Source: Candidatus Multivoradales bacterium (GTDB lineage Bacteria > Acidobacteriota > Thermoanaerobaculia > Multivoradales > J023). Taken from it: a DNA stretch of 64,000 bases. Under the pieces are notes generated by a model. That model searched no databases and was not told where the DNA came from. It worked only from the letters and a program-made list of their open reading frames with translations. Location: the NCBI GenBank assembly GCA_965248925.1, contig CBDFLE010000006.1, forward strand, positions 4,128,001-4,192,000, written 5' to 3'. The position numbers and the translations under genes were made by a program. Positions 29,495 to 39,657 of the stretch are shown piece after piece (position 1 is the stretch's first letter; each line of letters starts with the position of its first letter).

Positions 29495-32400
29495 TTGATG
29501 AGACTCGGAACAATTCTGCAACTACTGGCGATGATCTGCTGCCTGCTGGCGGCGCCGAGCCATGCCATGCACCCTGCCCACCCCGAGGGCTACTCACCGG
29601 AAAAGATGTATCAGTTGGGCCTGCCGGACCAGGTGGACCTGTTCGGCGGCTCGTTGTCGATACGGATCCCCATCGGCCCACTCACCCTGACCTATGGCTC
29701 CACCATCTGGACTTATGAATACGAATGGGACGAGCAGGCCAACGACCTGCGAATCGTCGTCAAGCCGAACAAGAAGAACACCGGCGGCCTGGGCTGGACT
29801 TTGGGCTGGGGCGAGGTCTACCGCCCCGGCCACTGGTACAACCCGGGCACCCAGTGGGTGTACGTCGATCAAAACGGCGGCCGGCACGTTTTCTACCAAC
29901 AGCTGCACAAGGACGAGGACGACGGCGATGCCGACGTGCTCTACACCCGGGACAGCAGCTACCTGCGACTGCGGCGCTTTCCGATCAATGGCTCCAGCAC
30001 CATCTACAAGGTCTGGATCGAGCACCCGGACGGCTCGACCCGCAGCTTCGTGGCGCCGACCGGACAGGGTGGCACCGCCTTCAACCTCACCGCCGGATGG
30101 AGCGCCTTCGCCGCCGAAGGCGACCCCGACTTCAGCGTCTCCTACGTGCGGGGCACCGGCGCCGACGGCTTGGAGGAGTGGATTCTCACCGACCGCTGGG
30201 GCCGGGTGACGAGGGTTCACTCCACTAACGAGTACACCAACCTGATCAACACCGTGACCTCCGTCGAGCTGCCGCCGGCGATCCAGGGGGGGCCGGCGAT
30301 CGTCTATGGCTTCTCCTATGTCCAGGCTTCCCACAAGCGCAGCTGCAAGGACACCCACTCCTCGACCGCGGCGACGGTCCAGGTTCCCTACCTCGAACGC
30401 ATCGACCTGCCGGACGGCACCTCCTGGAAGATGAAAGAGGGCGGCGCTCTGCTCTACGAGACTCAGTGCACTCCGACCGACGACGCGGCCGGAGTGCTCA
30501 AGGGATTGATCCTGCCCAGCGGCGCCAAGGTGGAGTGGGAATGGCAGCAAGTCAAATTCCCGGCGGTGGCCGGGGAAGAGATACAGCACAACGCCGCCGG
30601 GGTGAAATTTCGCCGGCTCTACGACAAGAACGGCCAGCTGGCGGGAGAGTGGCGTTACAAATTCAACCAGGTGATGAACGCCGGCGGCACGGACCAACAC
30701 GAGATGCGCTCGCATCTGGTGCAGCCCACCGGCGATTGCACCAAGAGCTACTACGACGCTCGATTCAAAATCTCTCCGGCGTTGAAATTGGGTTGGCGCT
30801 ACGGCCTCCCCGGGGCCTCCTCAGACACCCTCGACGTCAACGGGGAGGAGCGCTACATGGCGAAGAAGATCTTCGCCTCCAACAACGGCGACGGCTCGTG
30901 CGCCGGAACGTTGCTGCGCTCGACCTACGTCGACCATCGACGGGACGTACCGCCGACCAACGCCGACAACCCGGGAGATTGGCGAAACCTCAACCGCGGC
31001 CTCTACGCCAGCCACACCATCTACCACGACGATGGCGACCGCTGGACCGACCAAAAGAGCACTTCCTTCGATGGCCTCGGCCACTTTCGCCGGACCAAGA
31101 CCTGGGGCAACTTCTGGGGTGGCTCGAGCAACGAAGAATACCGGCAGACCTTCACCGACTACACCGACGCCATCGGCTTCTACCCGAGTTCGGGCTACGT
31201 GCCGCCGGCCGCTACCGATCCCTGGGTGCTGGGGAAGTGGTCGTACCTGGAGGTGAAAGAGCCGGACTCCCAAGGAGAGTGGCGCAGCCGAATCGAGCAG
31301 GAGGTGGACTCGGCCACCGGGGCGGTGACCTGCAGCCGCGTCCTGAAGTCGGATCTGAGCCGCTCCGCCCAAGACATCCTGGCCCGCTTCGACCGCGATT
31401 CGCTTGGCCAGGTGACCGACGCCAAGATCTACGGCGGCGACTTGCAGCCCATCCCGACCAGCGGCACCTGCGGATTCGTGGTGGCGGGTCCCGAGTACTG
31501 GACCCACCACGAGTACGAGCGGGGAGCGCGGGTGCGAACCGTGCAACGCACCAGCGCAGGAGTCGACGCCCCCTTCTTCTCCTACGACGTGGACTTGGAT
31601 CCGGAGACCGGCAAGGTACTAGTGGCGCGGGATCCTGCCGGGCAGGCGACCACCTACAGCTACGACACCCTCGGCCGATTGATTGGGGCGGCGCCGGCAG
31701 AGGGCGCTCAGGTGAGCTACGTCTACTCTTCTCCCAGCGCCAGCAGCGACGCCAGGGTGGCGACCAAGGTTCGCCTGGGTCTCAGCGTGCTGAGTGATTC
31801 GGAGAAGGTCTACGACGAATTCGGCCGTTTGAGCCTCACCCGCCGCAAGATGCCCGGAGGCTCGTGGTCGAGCCAGGAAACTCAGTACAACGCTCGGGGG
31901 TGGAAGACCTCTGTTTCGGTGCTCGGTGACGACCCCCGCAAAAGGACCCGCTACCTCGCCTTCGACGCCTTCGGCCGGCCGGGGGTGATCCGGCCGCCGC
32001 AAGGAGCGTCCCACGACTTGCTGATCACCTACGAAGGTATCCGCCGAACGACCCGTCAGGTCAAAGTGGCGACCGCCGCCGGCGAGGTCTATCAGCCGGT
32101 GATTCAGGAATCCGACCGCTATGGCCGCCTGCGTACTCTGCTGGAGGCTTCCGGCGCTGGCGGCGTGAGCATTCCCACTTCCTACTTCTACGATGTCGGC
32201 AGCAGGATGACCAGCCTGTCGACGCCTTCGGCCCCCGCCATCGGTCCACCGCAGGGCACTGTCGTGGTGCAAGATCGCCTGTTCAACTACGACAACCGTG
32301 GCTTCCTGTTGTCCGAAACGCACCCCGAGAAGGGCCTTTCGGGGAATGGCGCCGTGCTGTACGAGGATTACGATTCCTCGGGGCTCGCCCACCGGGTGAT

Positions 32401-34531
32401 TGACGGCCCCGATGATCTCACCAAGGAATATGATTTCCTGGGCCGCCTAACCGCCGTCCGGGATCAAAGTCATGGCGGTCGATTGTTGTTGGAAGCGGAG
32501 TTCGACGGAGCGTCCGGGGCGGGTCTCGGGCGACCGTGGAAATCGACTCGCCACAACTGGCTCGACTTGCCCTGGGACGGCCCCGGCGAGGTCGATGCCT
32601 GGGTGCGGCAGACTCTCAGCTTCGAGGGGCCTAACGGTGCGCTGTCTATGACCGAAATGAAGGTCGCCCTCGAAGGGGTCAAGAGCTTCGAAACCCTCTA
32701 TGACTACAACGAGCAGGGGTTGGTCTCGTCCCTGCGTTATCCAGAGTGCGTGGCCGGCACCTGTGCCGGCGCCGGAGCGCCGGCGCGAACCATCGCCGCG
32801 ACCTACGACCAGGGCCTGCTGAAGGAAATACCGGGTTGGACCGGTGGCCCCATGACCTACCATCCGAGCGGTCTTTGGGCCACCATTCCCCACGCCAACG
32901 GAGTCACCGACGAGCTGGTAGCCGACCCCGTTCGCCCTGGCCGGCCGCTACAGCTCAAAGTACTCGCGACGGACGGCACCGAACTCTGGAACAAAGGAGC
33001 CTACAGCTACGACGGCGCTGGCAACGTCGAAGCCATTGGCACGAGCTCCTTCGCGTACGACGAGGTCAGCCGGTTGGTCGAGGCTGCGGTGGAGGGCTAC
33101 GAGCAGCGCTTCACCTACGACACCTTTGCCAATTTGACCTCGTTCCTCACCAAACCACCCCAGGGACCTACTCACCAATTGCAGATTCCCGTCGATCAGG
33201 CGTCCAACCGACTCACCTCGGCGAGCTACGACAGCGCCGGCAATACGACCAATTGGAGCGCCAACCACTACGAGTGGGATGCGCTGGGGAGAATGACGTC
33301 CCTCAACGACCGGTTCTTCTATCTCTATGACAGCGGTGGCGAGCGGGCCGTGGCCATCGACTGGACCGGCACCTTGGACGCTAGGACGATGACTTTCACG
33401 CTCCGAGGTCTGGCGGGCGAGGTGTTGAGCCAGTTCGAAGTCGCCGGGGACGACAGCAGCGCCAATTGGCAACACCGCCGCGATTGGATCTTGGCTGGCG
33501 GACGGCTGCTGGCGACAGCGGATGCCGAAGGCACAGTGGCTCACCTCCACCTCGATCATTTGGGAAGCGTTCGCCTACGCACTGACGAGAACGGCTTCGA
33601 GCTCAGCCGACACGATTACCTACCCTATGGTGAGGAGATCACCCTGCCGGCGGATGGACTGCTCAAATTCACCGGCCACGAGCGCGACGGGGACGCCGGC
33701 CATGACTTCATGCATGCCCGCTACTACACCTGGGACCTGGGGCGTTTTCTCAGCGTCGATCCGGGTCGAGGACAGGCGGGAAGCCCTCACACACTGAATC
33801 TATATTCCTATTCCAAAGGAAACCCGCTTCAATTCGTCGACCCGGACGGCAGGAGCTTCAGGACTTTCTTGATAGAGGTTGGCGCCCTCGGAGGTTCCTT
33901 CTATCTCGGCGGCAAAGTCTTGCTTGCCGAACAAGCTGGTATGGCTGCCGCCGGGGTGGCCGGCGGCGGCGCTGCGGCCTTTGTCGGTGCCGGTATTTCG
34001 GGGTACGCGATCGGAACGGAAATCAATGGCGCTATGACCGCTTTCACCAGTCAGCCCGATTGGGCCCTGAGAACCTCTGGCCTACTGAATCCCGGGTTAG
34101 CCTGGCTATATCGGGCACTGACAGTAGCTGAGAATCCTCTTGAGTGGCAGGCAGGGCATGTGCAGGTCGATGACAAGGGTCGCCTAGTCTTCATCGATGG
34201 TGCCAACCCTCAAACCGAGTGCCCGGCAGGCCGATTTTGTGCGGATATCGAAGTTACTGCGGAGGGGGCTGAAAAGAGCCTTTCGGAGGAAATCGCGGAA
34301 AAGCACGAGGCCACCAAGCACCCAGACTCGTTGCTGCTGCCGACAGAACCCATTGGCGGCCAGGAAGTCTCGGAGTTCTGGATTGAGCTGCTCAACTTTC
34401 TGGACGTGAGCGGCTCGAGATCCTTCGCCAGCACTTACTTGCACGGTGGCCTTCTTCGGATTCAGATGGATGGCGGCTGGGGAGATTTCACCTGCGCGAC
34501 GGATATCACCTGCGATCCTTACGCCAAGTAA
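29495..34531 (+). CDS. RHS/YD-repeat protein with Sec signal peptide, RHS-associated core and 226-aa C-terminal extension
   Basis: YD repeats; HLDHLGSVR, KFTGHERD, MHARYY...GRFLSVDP, NLYSY..GNPLQFVDPDG. Confidence 0.93.
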   Translation: MMRLGTILQLLAMICCLLAAPSHAMHPAHPEGYSPEKMYQLGLPDQVDLFGGSLSIRIPIGPLTLTYGSTIWTYEYEWDEQANDLRIVVKPNKKNTGGLGWTLGWGEVYRPGHWYNPGTQWVYVDQNGGRHVFYQQLHKDEDDGDADVLYTRDSSYLRLRRFPINGSSTIYKVWIEHPDGSTRSFVAPTGQGGTAFNLTAGWSAFAAEGDPDFSVSYVRGTGADGLEEWILTDRWGRVTRVHSTNEYTNLINTVTSVELPPAIQGGPAIVYGFSYVQASHKRSCKDTHSSTAATVQVPYLERIDLPDGTSWKMKEGGALLYETQCTPTDDAAGVLKGLILPSGAKVEWEWQQVKFPAVAGEEIQHNAAGVKFRRLYDKNGQLAGEWRYKFNQVMNAGGTDQHEMRSHLVQPTGDCTKSYYDARFKISPALKLGWRYGLPGASSDTLDVNGEERYMAKKIFASNNGDGSCAGTLLRSTYVDHRRDVPPTNADNPGDWRNLNRGLYASHTIYHDDGDRWTDQKSTSFDGLGHFRRTKTWGNFWGGSSNEEYRQTFTDYTDAIGFYPSSGYVPPAATDPWVLGKWSYLEVKEPDSQGEWRSRIEQEVDSATGAVTCSRVLKSDLSRSAQDILARFDRDSLGQVTDAKIYGGDLQPIPTSGTCGFVVAGPEYWTHHEYERGARVRTVQRTSAGVDAPFFSYDVDLDPETGKVLVARDPAGQATTYSYDTLGRLIGAAPAEGAQVSYVYSSPSASSDARVATKVRLGLSVLSDSEKVYDEFGRLSLTRRKMPGGSWSSQETQYNARGWKTSVSVLGDDPRKRTRYLAFDAFGRPGVIRPPQGASHDLLITYEGIRRTTRQVKVATAAGEVYQPVIQESDRYGRLRTLLEASGAGGVSIPTSYFYDVGSRMTSLSTPSAPAIGPPQGTVVVQDRLFNYDNRGFLLSETHPEKGLSGNGAVLYEDYDSSGLAHRVIDGPDDLTKEYDFLGRLTAVRDQSHGGRLLLEAEFDGASGAGLGRPWKSTRHNWLDLPWDGPGEVDAWVRQTLSFEGPNGALSMTEMKVALEGVKSFETLYDYNEQGLVSSLRYPECVAGTCAGAGAPARTIAATYDQGLLKEIPGWTGGPMTYHPSGLWATIPHANGVTDELVADPVRPGRPLQLKVLATDGTELWNKGAYSYDGAGNVEAIGTSSFAYDEVSRLVEAAVEGYEQRFTYDTFANLTSFLTKPPQGPTHQLQIPVDQASNRLTSASYDSAGNTTNWSANHYEWDALGRMTSLNDRFFYLYDSGGERAVAIDWTGTLDARTMTFTLRGLAGEVLSQFEVAGDDSSANWQHRRDWILAGGRLLATADAEGTVAHLHLDHLGSVRLRTDENGFELSRHDYLPYGEEITLPADGLLKFTGHERDGDAGHDFMHARYYTWDLGRFLSVDPGRGQAGSPHTLNLYSYSKGNPLQFVDPDGRSFRTFLIEVGALGGSFYLGGKVLLAEQAGMAAAGVAGGGAAAFVGAGISGYAIGTEINGAMTAFTSQPDWALRTSGLLNPGLAWLYRALTVAENPLEWQAGHVQVDDKGRLVFIDGANPQTECPAGRFCADIEVTAEGAEKSLSEEIAEKHEATKHPDSLLLPTEPIGGQEVSEFWIELLNFLDVSGSRSFASTYLHGGLLRIQMDGGWGDFTCATDITCDPYAK

Positions 34532-34554
34532 GAAAGGAACGCTATCGACCCACT

Positions 34555-34584
34555 AGGCCCCTTCCGAAGGGGCCTTCTTCTCTT
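34555..34584 (+). terminator. Intrinsic terminator after the Rhs gene
   Basis: AGGCCCCTT-CCG-AAGGGGCCT followed by TCTTCTCTT. Confidence 0.75.
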
Positions 34585-34854
34585 GACCGGCCAGCCATTA
34601 GCCGTCTAGGTTTGGCGACATCTTGACTCTTGAGCCAAGTTTCGCCAAACGAGACATCTTAGCTGGGGAGCGCATCGCGCGACCCACTAGAGCTGTGTCG
34701 CGACAACGCCGCCCGCTTACGAATGCCACCGGAGCGAAAGATGGCCGGCCGGCTCGTCGCAAGCGCCGGGGGATTGGGGTGCGGATTGGGGTGCCACCTT
34801 GGATTGGATTGGGGTGCCACCCATCTCGGGGACGGGCCCTTACTGGTTGTCTGC

Positions 34855-36228
34855 CTAGTCTTTGAGCGCCACATGCCCGGCTTTGTGCAGCTTCCAGAAC
34901 AGTAGCTGGGCGTCGAGCTTGGGCATCGGGCATTGTTGCAGGATGGACTTGATGTCGTAGCGGCCATCGACCCTGGTCAGCATGAAGCCTTCTTCAGGTG
35001 AGATGGGGAGGTTGGCGAGATCGCCGAGGTCGCAGGTCAGTTTGGGCACGGACTTCAAGCCGATTCCAGCTTTTTGCAGCTCTTGGTGTACTCGCTCCTC
35101 GATCATCTTGGCGCGCTGCTCGGTGGTTGGGTTGGCACCCGCCGCCGTGGCAGCTTGCCGCAGGGCGGCGATGGCTTCGTCCAGGTGGCCATTGCCGGTC
35201 AAGGTCTCGGCTCGTTGCAGCAACTCATCGGCGGCGCTGAGCTGCGGCGGCGCGCTGGGAGGTGCCGAGGACGCCAGCGAAGTGCCGTCCGCGGCAGCGA
35301 ATTGCAAGGTCCGGCCGCCACCGACATTGACCGACTCATCGCCAGCTGCCGGGGGTCCCTGCACCACTGCTGGTGGCTGCTGTGCCGGTGGCTGAAGGTA
35401 GACCTGCTGCGGATAGGAGATCGTTGGCGGCGGCGCCACTAACTGCACCAACGGTTGAGTGGCAGTAGGGCGTTGGCTGCCGGGGGTTTGTTCGGCGACG
35501 GGCACCTCGACCCGGACCTCGATCATCCGCGGTCGCACCATCTTCAAGTAGCCTTGGCTGGCGACGTCGGACAAGGTCTGGGAAACTCGGAAGGCGCTGA
35601 GGGCGGCGCCCTCGGCGATTTCTTCGACCGTGCGGTCGTCGTCGATCAGGCCAAGAATTCGGCGGTCGATCTCTTCAGCCTCGAGTTCCCCGAGGTCTTT
35701 GATGATCACCGGCACCGCCATTGACGACGGGATAACCTCGCGAATCCGCGACCACTCGTCGACCCGCCGACTGCCTTCGAGAATTATCCACTGGGCGTCG
35801 AGCTGCATGCTGCGCACTGAATCGTCTTCCGGCAGCTCTTGATCGAGGAAGCGGAACTCGCCCTCGTCCCAGCTGAAGATCTCGTAGATGGTTTCTTCGG
35901 TTTTGAGCTGCAGGTGCTTGTTGAGCTGCTCTTCGTCGAGCAAGCCCATGCCGACCAAGATCTGGCCGAAGAGCTGGTGAGTTTCTTGTTGCTGTTCTAG
36001 GGCCTGATCGACATTCTCACGAGTGATCAGGCCGTGGCCGATCAGGAAGCGGCCGAGGTACTCGGAAGGACTGGTGGAGGCCGACGAGACGATGGAACCC
36101 TGGTCGAAGAAGATCTTTTTTTCAAGGTCGTCTTGCTCGAACACCAAGGTGCCGGTCTTCTGGCCCTGCGACAGCCATTGCAGCAGGTCCGCCAGGACCA
36201 TGGTCTTGAGATTGCCGCTGATACCCAT
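34855..36228 (-). CDS. DUF4388 domain-containing protein
   Basis: Likely start ATG 36228: MGISGNLKTMVLADLLQWLSQGQKTGTL..FSWDEGEFRF. The longer ORF-track start overlaps dcd and is not credible. Confidence 0.85.
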   Translation of the reverse strand: MGISGNLKTMVLADLLQWLSQGQKTGTLVFEQDDLEKKIFFDQGSIVSSASTSPSEYLGRFLIGHGLITRENVDQALEQQQETHQLFGQILVGMGLLDEEQLNKHLQLKTEETIYEIFSWDEGEFRFLDQELPEDDSVRSMQLDAQWIILEGSRRVDEWSRIREVIPSSMAVPVIIKDLGELEAEEIDRRILGLIDDDRTVEEIAEGAALSAFRVSQTLSDVASQGYLKMVRPRMIEVRVEVPVAEQTPGSQRPTATQPLVQLVAPPPTISYPQQVYLQPPAQQPPAVVQGPPAAGDESVNVGGGRTLQFAAADGTSLASSAPPSAPPQLSAADELLQRAETLTGNGHLDEAIAALRQAATAAGANPTTEQRAKMIEERVHQELQKAGIGLKSVPKLTCDLGDLANLPISPEEGFMLTRVDGRYDIKSILQQCPMPKLDAQLLFWKLHKAGHVALKD

Positions 36229-36338
36229 AGGATTGGACAGCGCCCGCGGCGCCGGCCCATGACTATATCCGAATCTGCACCAATCTCTCTGTAGGCTGAA
36301 TCGGTGGTCTTTCTCTGTGCTCGATGAACCGCAGGCGA

Positions 36339-36827
36339 TCAATCGCGGGCCAGGGTGGTGCCGCGCTGCCCCTGGTAATGGCTCGACGAACCAGGATCGC
36401 CATAGGCCACTGTGGGCTCTTCTTCCATGCGCATGAAGATCAGCTGAGCGATGCGCCGCCCGGCTTCTAAGACGAAGGGCACCGGACCGAGGTTTTGCAA
36501 CTCGAGGGTGATGTTGCCTTCGAAGCCGGGGTCGCACCAGCCGGCCAGCGAGTGGTTGATCCACAGCCGGCCGAGGGTCGACTTGAGCTTCAGGTCGCAA
36601 GCTACGTCGCGGGGTATGCGGACGTATTCGAGGGTCGAGGCCAGCACCACTTCACCGGGGAATAACTTGATGTGCGGCGCGGTGGACTCGGCGGGTTCGC
36701 GGGTCGGACAGATCCAATGCTCGCTCACCCGGACATCGTAGCTGGCGGCGTTGACTTGTTCTTCGATGAAGGGCTCGGCGCCGCCGCCCAGGCCCCACTG
36801 ACGGATCCATCTGTCGGATTTGATCAA
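36339..36827 (-). CDS. dcd: dCTP deaminase
   Basis: VNAASYDVR, KSTLGR, AGWCDPGFEGNITLEL, RIAQLIF, YQGQRGTT. Confidence 0.92.
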   Translation of the reverse strand: MIKSDRWIRQWGLGGGAEPFIEEQVNAASYDVRVSEHWICPTREPAESTAPHIKLFPGEVVLASTLEYVRIPRDVACDLKLKSTLGRLWINHSLAGWCDPGFEGNITLELQNLGPVPFVLEAGRRIAQLIFMRMEEEPTVAYGDPGSSSHYQGQRGTTLARD

Positions 36828-36872
36828 TGTCTTGGGCTCCGGGTCGGCGGTTGGCTAGTCAGCGGTGGGTGC

Positions 36873-37853
36873 TCAGCGGAAGTTGACCGGGCTGTTGACG
36901 TCGTCGCGGTGAATGGTGTCGACGAATTGGATCATCCGCCGTTTGAGCGACATCAGCAGGGTGGAGCTGCGGGCGCCGCCGCCGAAGAATCGGACGCCGC
37001 GGATCAGCTCGCCATCGGTGACCCCAGTACAGCTGAAGACGATGTCTTCGCCCGGCGCCAGCTCCTCGGTGGAGTAGATCTTGCTGGTGTCGTTGTAGCC
37101 CAATTCCGCCAATCGTCCCTCTTGATCTTGGTCGAGGGCGACCAGGCGGGCTTGGATTTGGCCACCTAGGCAACGCATGGCGGCGGCGGTCAGCACTCCC
37201 TCGGGAGCGCCGCCGGTCCCCATCACTGCATGGACGCCGGAGCCGCGCACCGCGGCCGAGATACCAGCCGCCATGTCGCCGTCCGAGATCAGCCGAATGC
37301 GGGCACCAGCGGAACGAATGTCAGCGATCAGTTGCCGGTGGCGCTTCCGCTCGAGCACCACCACCGTTAGATCACTGACCTCACGGCCGAAGGCTTGGGC
37401 GATGTTGCGCAGGTTCTCGGCCACCGGGGCGTCGATATGCACTACGTCGCGGGCGGTCGGGCCGACGACGATTTTCTCCATATAAGTATCGGGGGCGTGC
37501 AGCAGGCCGCCGCGCTCGGCCGCCGCCAGCACCGCCACCGCGCCGGGGCCGCCGGTGGAGCAGAGGTTGGTGCCTTCGAGGGGGTCGACCGCGATGTCGA
37601 CTTGCAAGGCCTCTTGCTGGCCCTTGCAGGCGCCGACCTCTTCGCCGATGAAGAGCATTGGCGCCTTGTCGCGTTCGCCCTCGCCGATCACTACCCGGCC
37701 GGCGATGTCCACCGACTCGAGGGTTTGGCGCATCGCCTCGACGGCAACGTGGTCGGAGTGCACGCCATCGCCGTAGCCCATGGTCTGGGCGGCGGCCAAA
37801 GCGGCTTTTTCGGTGACAGCAAGGAAGTCCTGCTCGATTAGTTGGCGGCTCAT
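36873..37853 (-). CDS. glpX: Fructose-1,6-bisphosphatase class II
   Basis: [49 protein letters not shown]. Confidence 0.95.
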   Translation of the reverse strand: MSRQLIEQDFLAVTEKAALAAAQTMGYGDGVHSDHVAVEAMRQTLESVDIAGRVVIGEGERDKAPMLFIGEEVGACKGQQEALQVDIAVDPLEGTNLCSTGGPGAVAVLAAAERGGLLHAPDTYMEKIVVGPTARDVVHIDAPVAENLRNIAQAFGREVSDLTVVVLERKRHRQLIADIRSAGARIRLISDGDMAAGISAAVRGSGVHAVMGTGGAPEGVLTAAAMRCLGGQIQARLVALDQDQEGRLAELGYNDTSKIYSTEELAPGEDIVFSCTGVTDGELIRGVRFFGGGARSSTLLMSLKRRMIQFVDTIHRDDVNSPVNFR

Positions 37854-39073
37854 CCGCTGGTCCTCTGGCTAGCCGCGGGCGCCGGTTGGGCTGTCCGCTG
37901 CGGCGGGTTGAAGGCTTGGATGCCAGTGATGGCGGCACCGATCACCAAACCGTGAATGTCGTGGGTGCCTTCGTAGGTGTAGACCGACTCGATGTTGAGC
38001 ATGTGTCGGATCACCGGATAGTCGTCGACGATGCCGTTGGCGCCGAGGATCTCCCGCGCCAGCTTGGCGCTCTCTCTCGCCACCCAGACGTTGTTGCGCT
38101 TGCCGAGGGAGACGTGCTGATGCTTGAGCCTGCCTTGATCCTTGAGTCGGGCGAGCTGTAGCGCCAGCAGCTGGCCCTTGGAGATCTCGGAGATCATCCA
38201 CACCAGCTTCTCTTGCACCAGCTGATGGCAGGCGATCGGCTGGCCAGCGAACTGGATGCGCTCTTTGGAGTACTCGAGGGCGGTGTGGTAGCAGTCCATG
38301 GCGGCGCCGAGGCCGCCCCAGGCAATGCCGTAGCGGGCCTGGTTGAGGCACATCAGCGCGTTCTTCAAGCCGACCGTCTTGGGCAAAATGCTGTCCCCCG
38401 AGATGCGGCAGTCCTGGAAGCTGAGTTCCGAGGTCACCGAGGCGCGGAGGGAGAACTTGCCGTGCTGGTCGGAGGAAGTGTAGCCAGCGGTGCCTTGTTC
38501 GACCAGGAAGCCGCGTACGCCGTCGTCGGTCTGGGCCCAGACCACGGCAATGTCGGCCAGCGAGCCGTTGGTGATCCACTGCTTGGAACCGTTCAAGATC
38601 CAGTCGTTGCCGTCGCGCTTGGCGTGGGTCAGCATACCGCCGGGATTGGAGCCGAAGTCGGGCTCGGTGAGACCGAAGCAGCCGATCGCTTCGCCACTGG
38701 CCAGGGCCGGGATCCAGCGATCTTTCTGCGCTTGCGAGCCGAAGGCGTAGATCGGATACATGACCAGCGAACTCTGCACCGAGACGAAGCTGCGCAAGCC
38801 TGAATCGCCGCGCTCGAGTTCTTGCATGATCAGCCCGTAGGCCACCCCGCCCAGCCCCGGTAGGCCGTACTCGTCGATCGAGGCGCCGAATAAGTTGAGC
38901 TTGCCCAGTTCCGGCACCAGGTGCATCGGGAAGGTGGCCTCGCGGTGGCACTCTTCGATCAGCGGCATGAACATGTCATCGACGAATTCGCGCACGGTGT
39001 CGCGCACTAGGCGCTCTTCGTCGGTCAGGAGCGCGTCGAACTCCAGGAAGTCGACGCCGTTGAAGCGGTTCAC
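37850..39073 (-). CDS. Acyl-CoA dehydrogenase (glutaryl-CoA dehydrogenase-like)
   Basis: [51 protein letters not shown]. Confidence 0.9.
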   Translation of the reverse strand: MNRFNGVDFLEFDALLTDEERLVRDTVREFVDDMFMPLIEECHREATFPMHLVPELGKLNLFGASIDEYGLPGLGGVAYGLIMQELERGDSGLRSFVSVQSSLVMYPIYAFGSQAQKDRWIPALASGEAIGCFGLTEPDFGSNPGGMLTHAKRDGNDWILNGSKQWITNGSLADIAVVWAQTDDGVRGFLVEQGTAGYTSSDQHGKFSLRASVTSELSFQDCRISGDSILPKTVGLKNALMCLNQARYGIAWGGLGAAMDCYHTALEYSKERIQFAGQPIACHQLVQEKLVWMISEISKGQLLALQLARLKDQGRLKHQHVSLGKRNNVWVARESAKLAREILGANGIVDDYPVIRHMLNIESVYTYEGTHDIHGLVIGAAITGIQAFNPPQRTAQPAPAASQRTSG

Positions 39074-39374
39074 GGGGTATCCTCCTTCAGCAAGGTGTCA
39101 GCGGGCTTGAAGCGGTAAGCGGCTGGCGTTCTCTGGGTGATGAATGCCCGGCTCCAGCCATGGTGTCCACCTGTTCAGCGGCCGCATCTGACCGCGGGTC
39201 GAACCCTATTGCCGAAACCCTGTATTGCAACCCTACTGTTGGAACTCGATGTTGCCAATTCGATGTCAGAATTCAGCGGAGCGTTGGCAGCGGAGCGCTC
39301 GGAAATGTCGAAATATTGGCCAGCCACGAGTCCGCAGCATAGCACGGTGAAAGCGCCGGTAGTATCATGCCGCC

Positions 39375-39641
39375 ATGAGTAATTTCGCGGGCGGTAGCGC
39401 CTTTTCCATGGCCCAGCAGGTGGCCATGGGAGTACTTTTGGTCACCGAGCGTACCCTCCGCCGCATGCGCCGTCCGGACCTCGACAAGCTGGGCTTCGAG
39501 ATCGATCGGCTGCTACGCGATATCCGTAGCCAACCGGCGTCGCTGGATGACACCTTGGCGATTCAGCAGCGCAACCGCAAGATCCAACGTCTGAACACCA
39601 GTCGCATGATGTTGCAGGCCTTTCGCCTGCACCGCCGTTAG
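39375..39641 (+). CDS. Small helical hypothetical protein
   Basis: 88-aa ORF with coding-like codon usage, first gene of a plus-strand run. Confidence 0.65.
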   Translation: MSNFAGGSAFSMAQQVAMGVLLVTERTLRRMRRPDLDKLGFEIDRLLRDIRSQPASLDDTLAIQQRNRKIQRLNTSRMMLQAFRLHRR

Positions 39642-39657
39642 CTCTCGGAGGCGACGG

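Noticed and set aside
36229-36600. N-terminal extension of the 581-aa ORF 34855-36600
   Set aside because: Overlaps dcd in another frame; DUF4388 similarity starts at ATG 36228.
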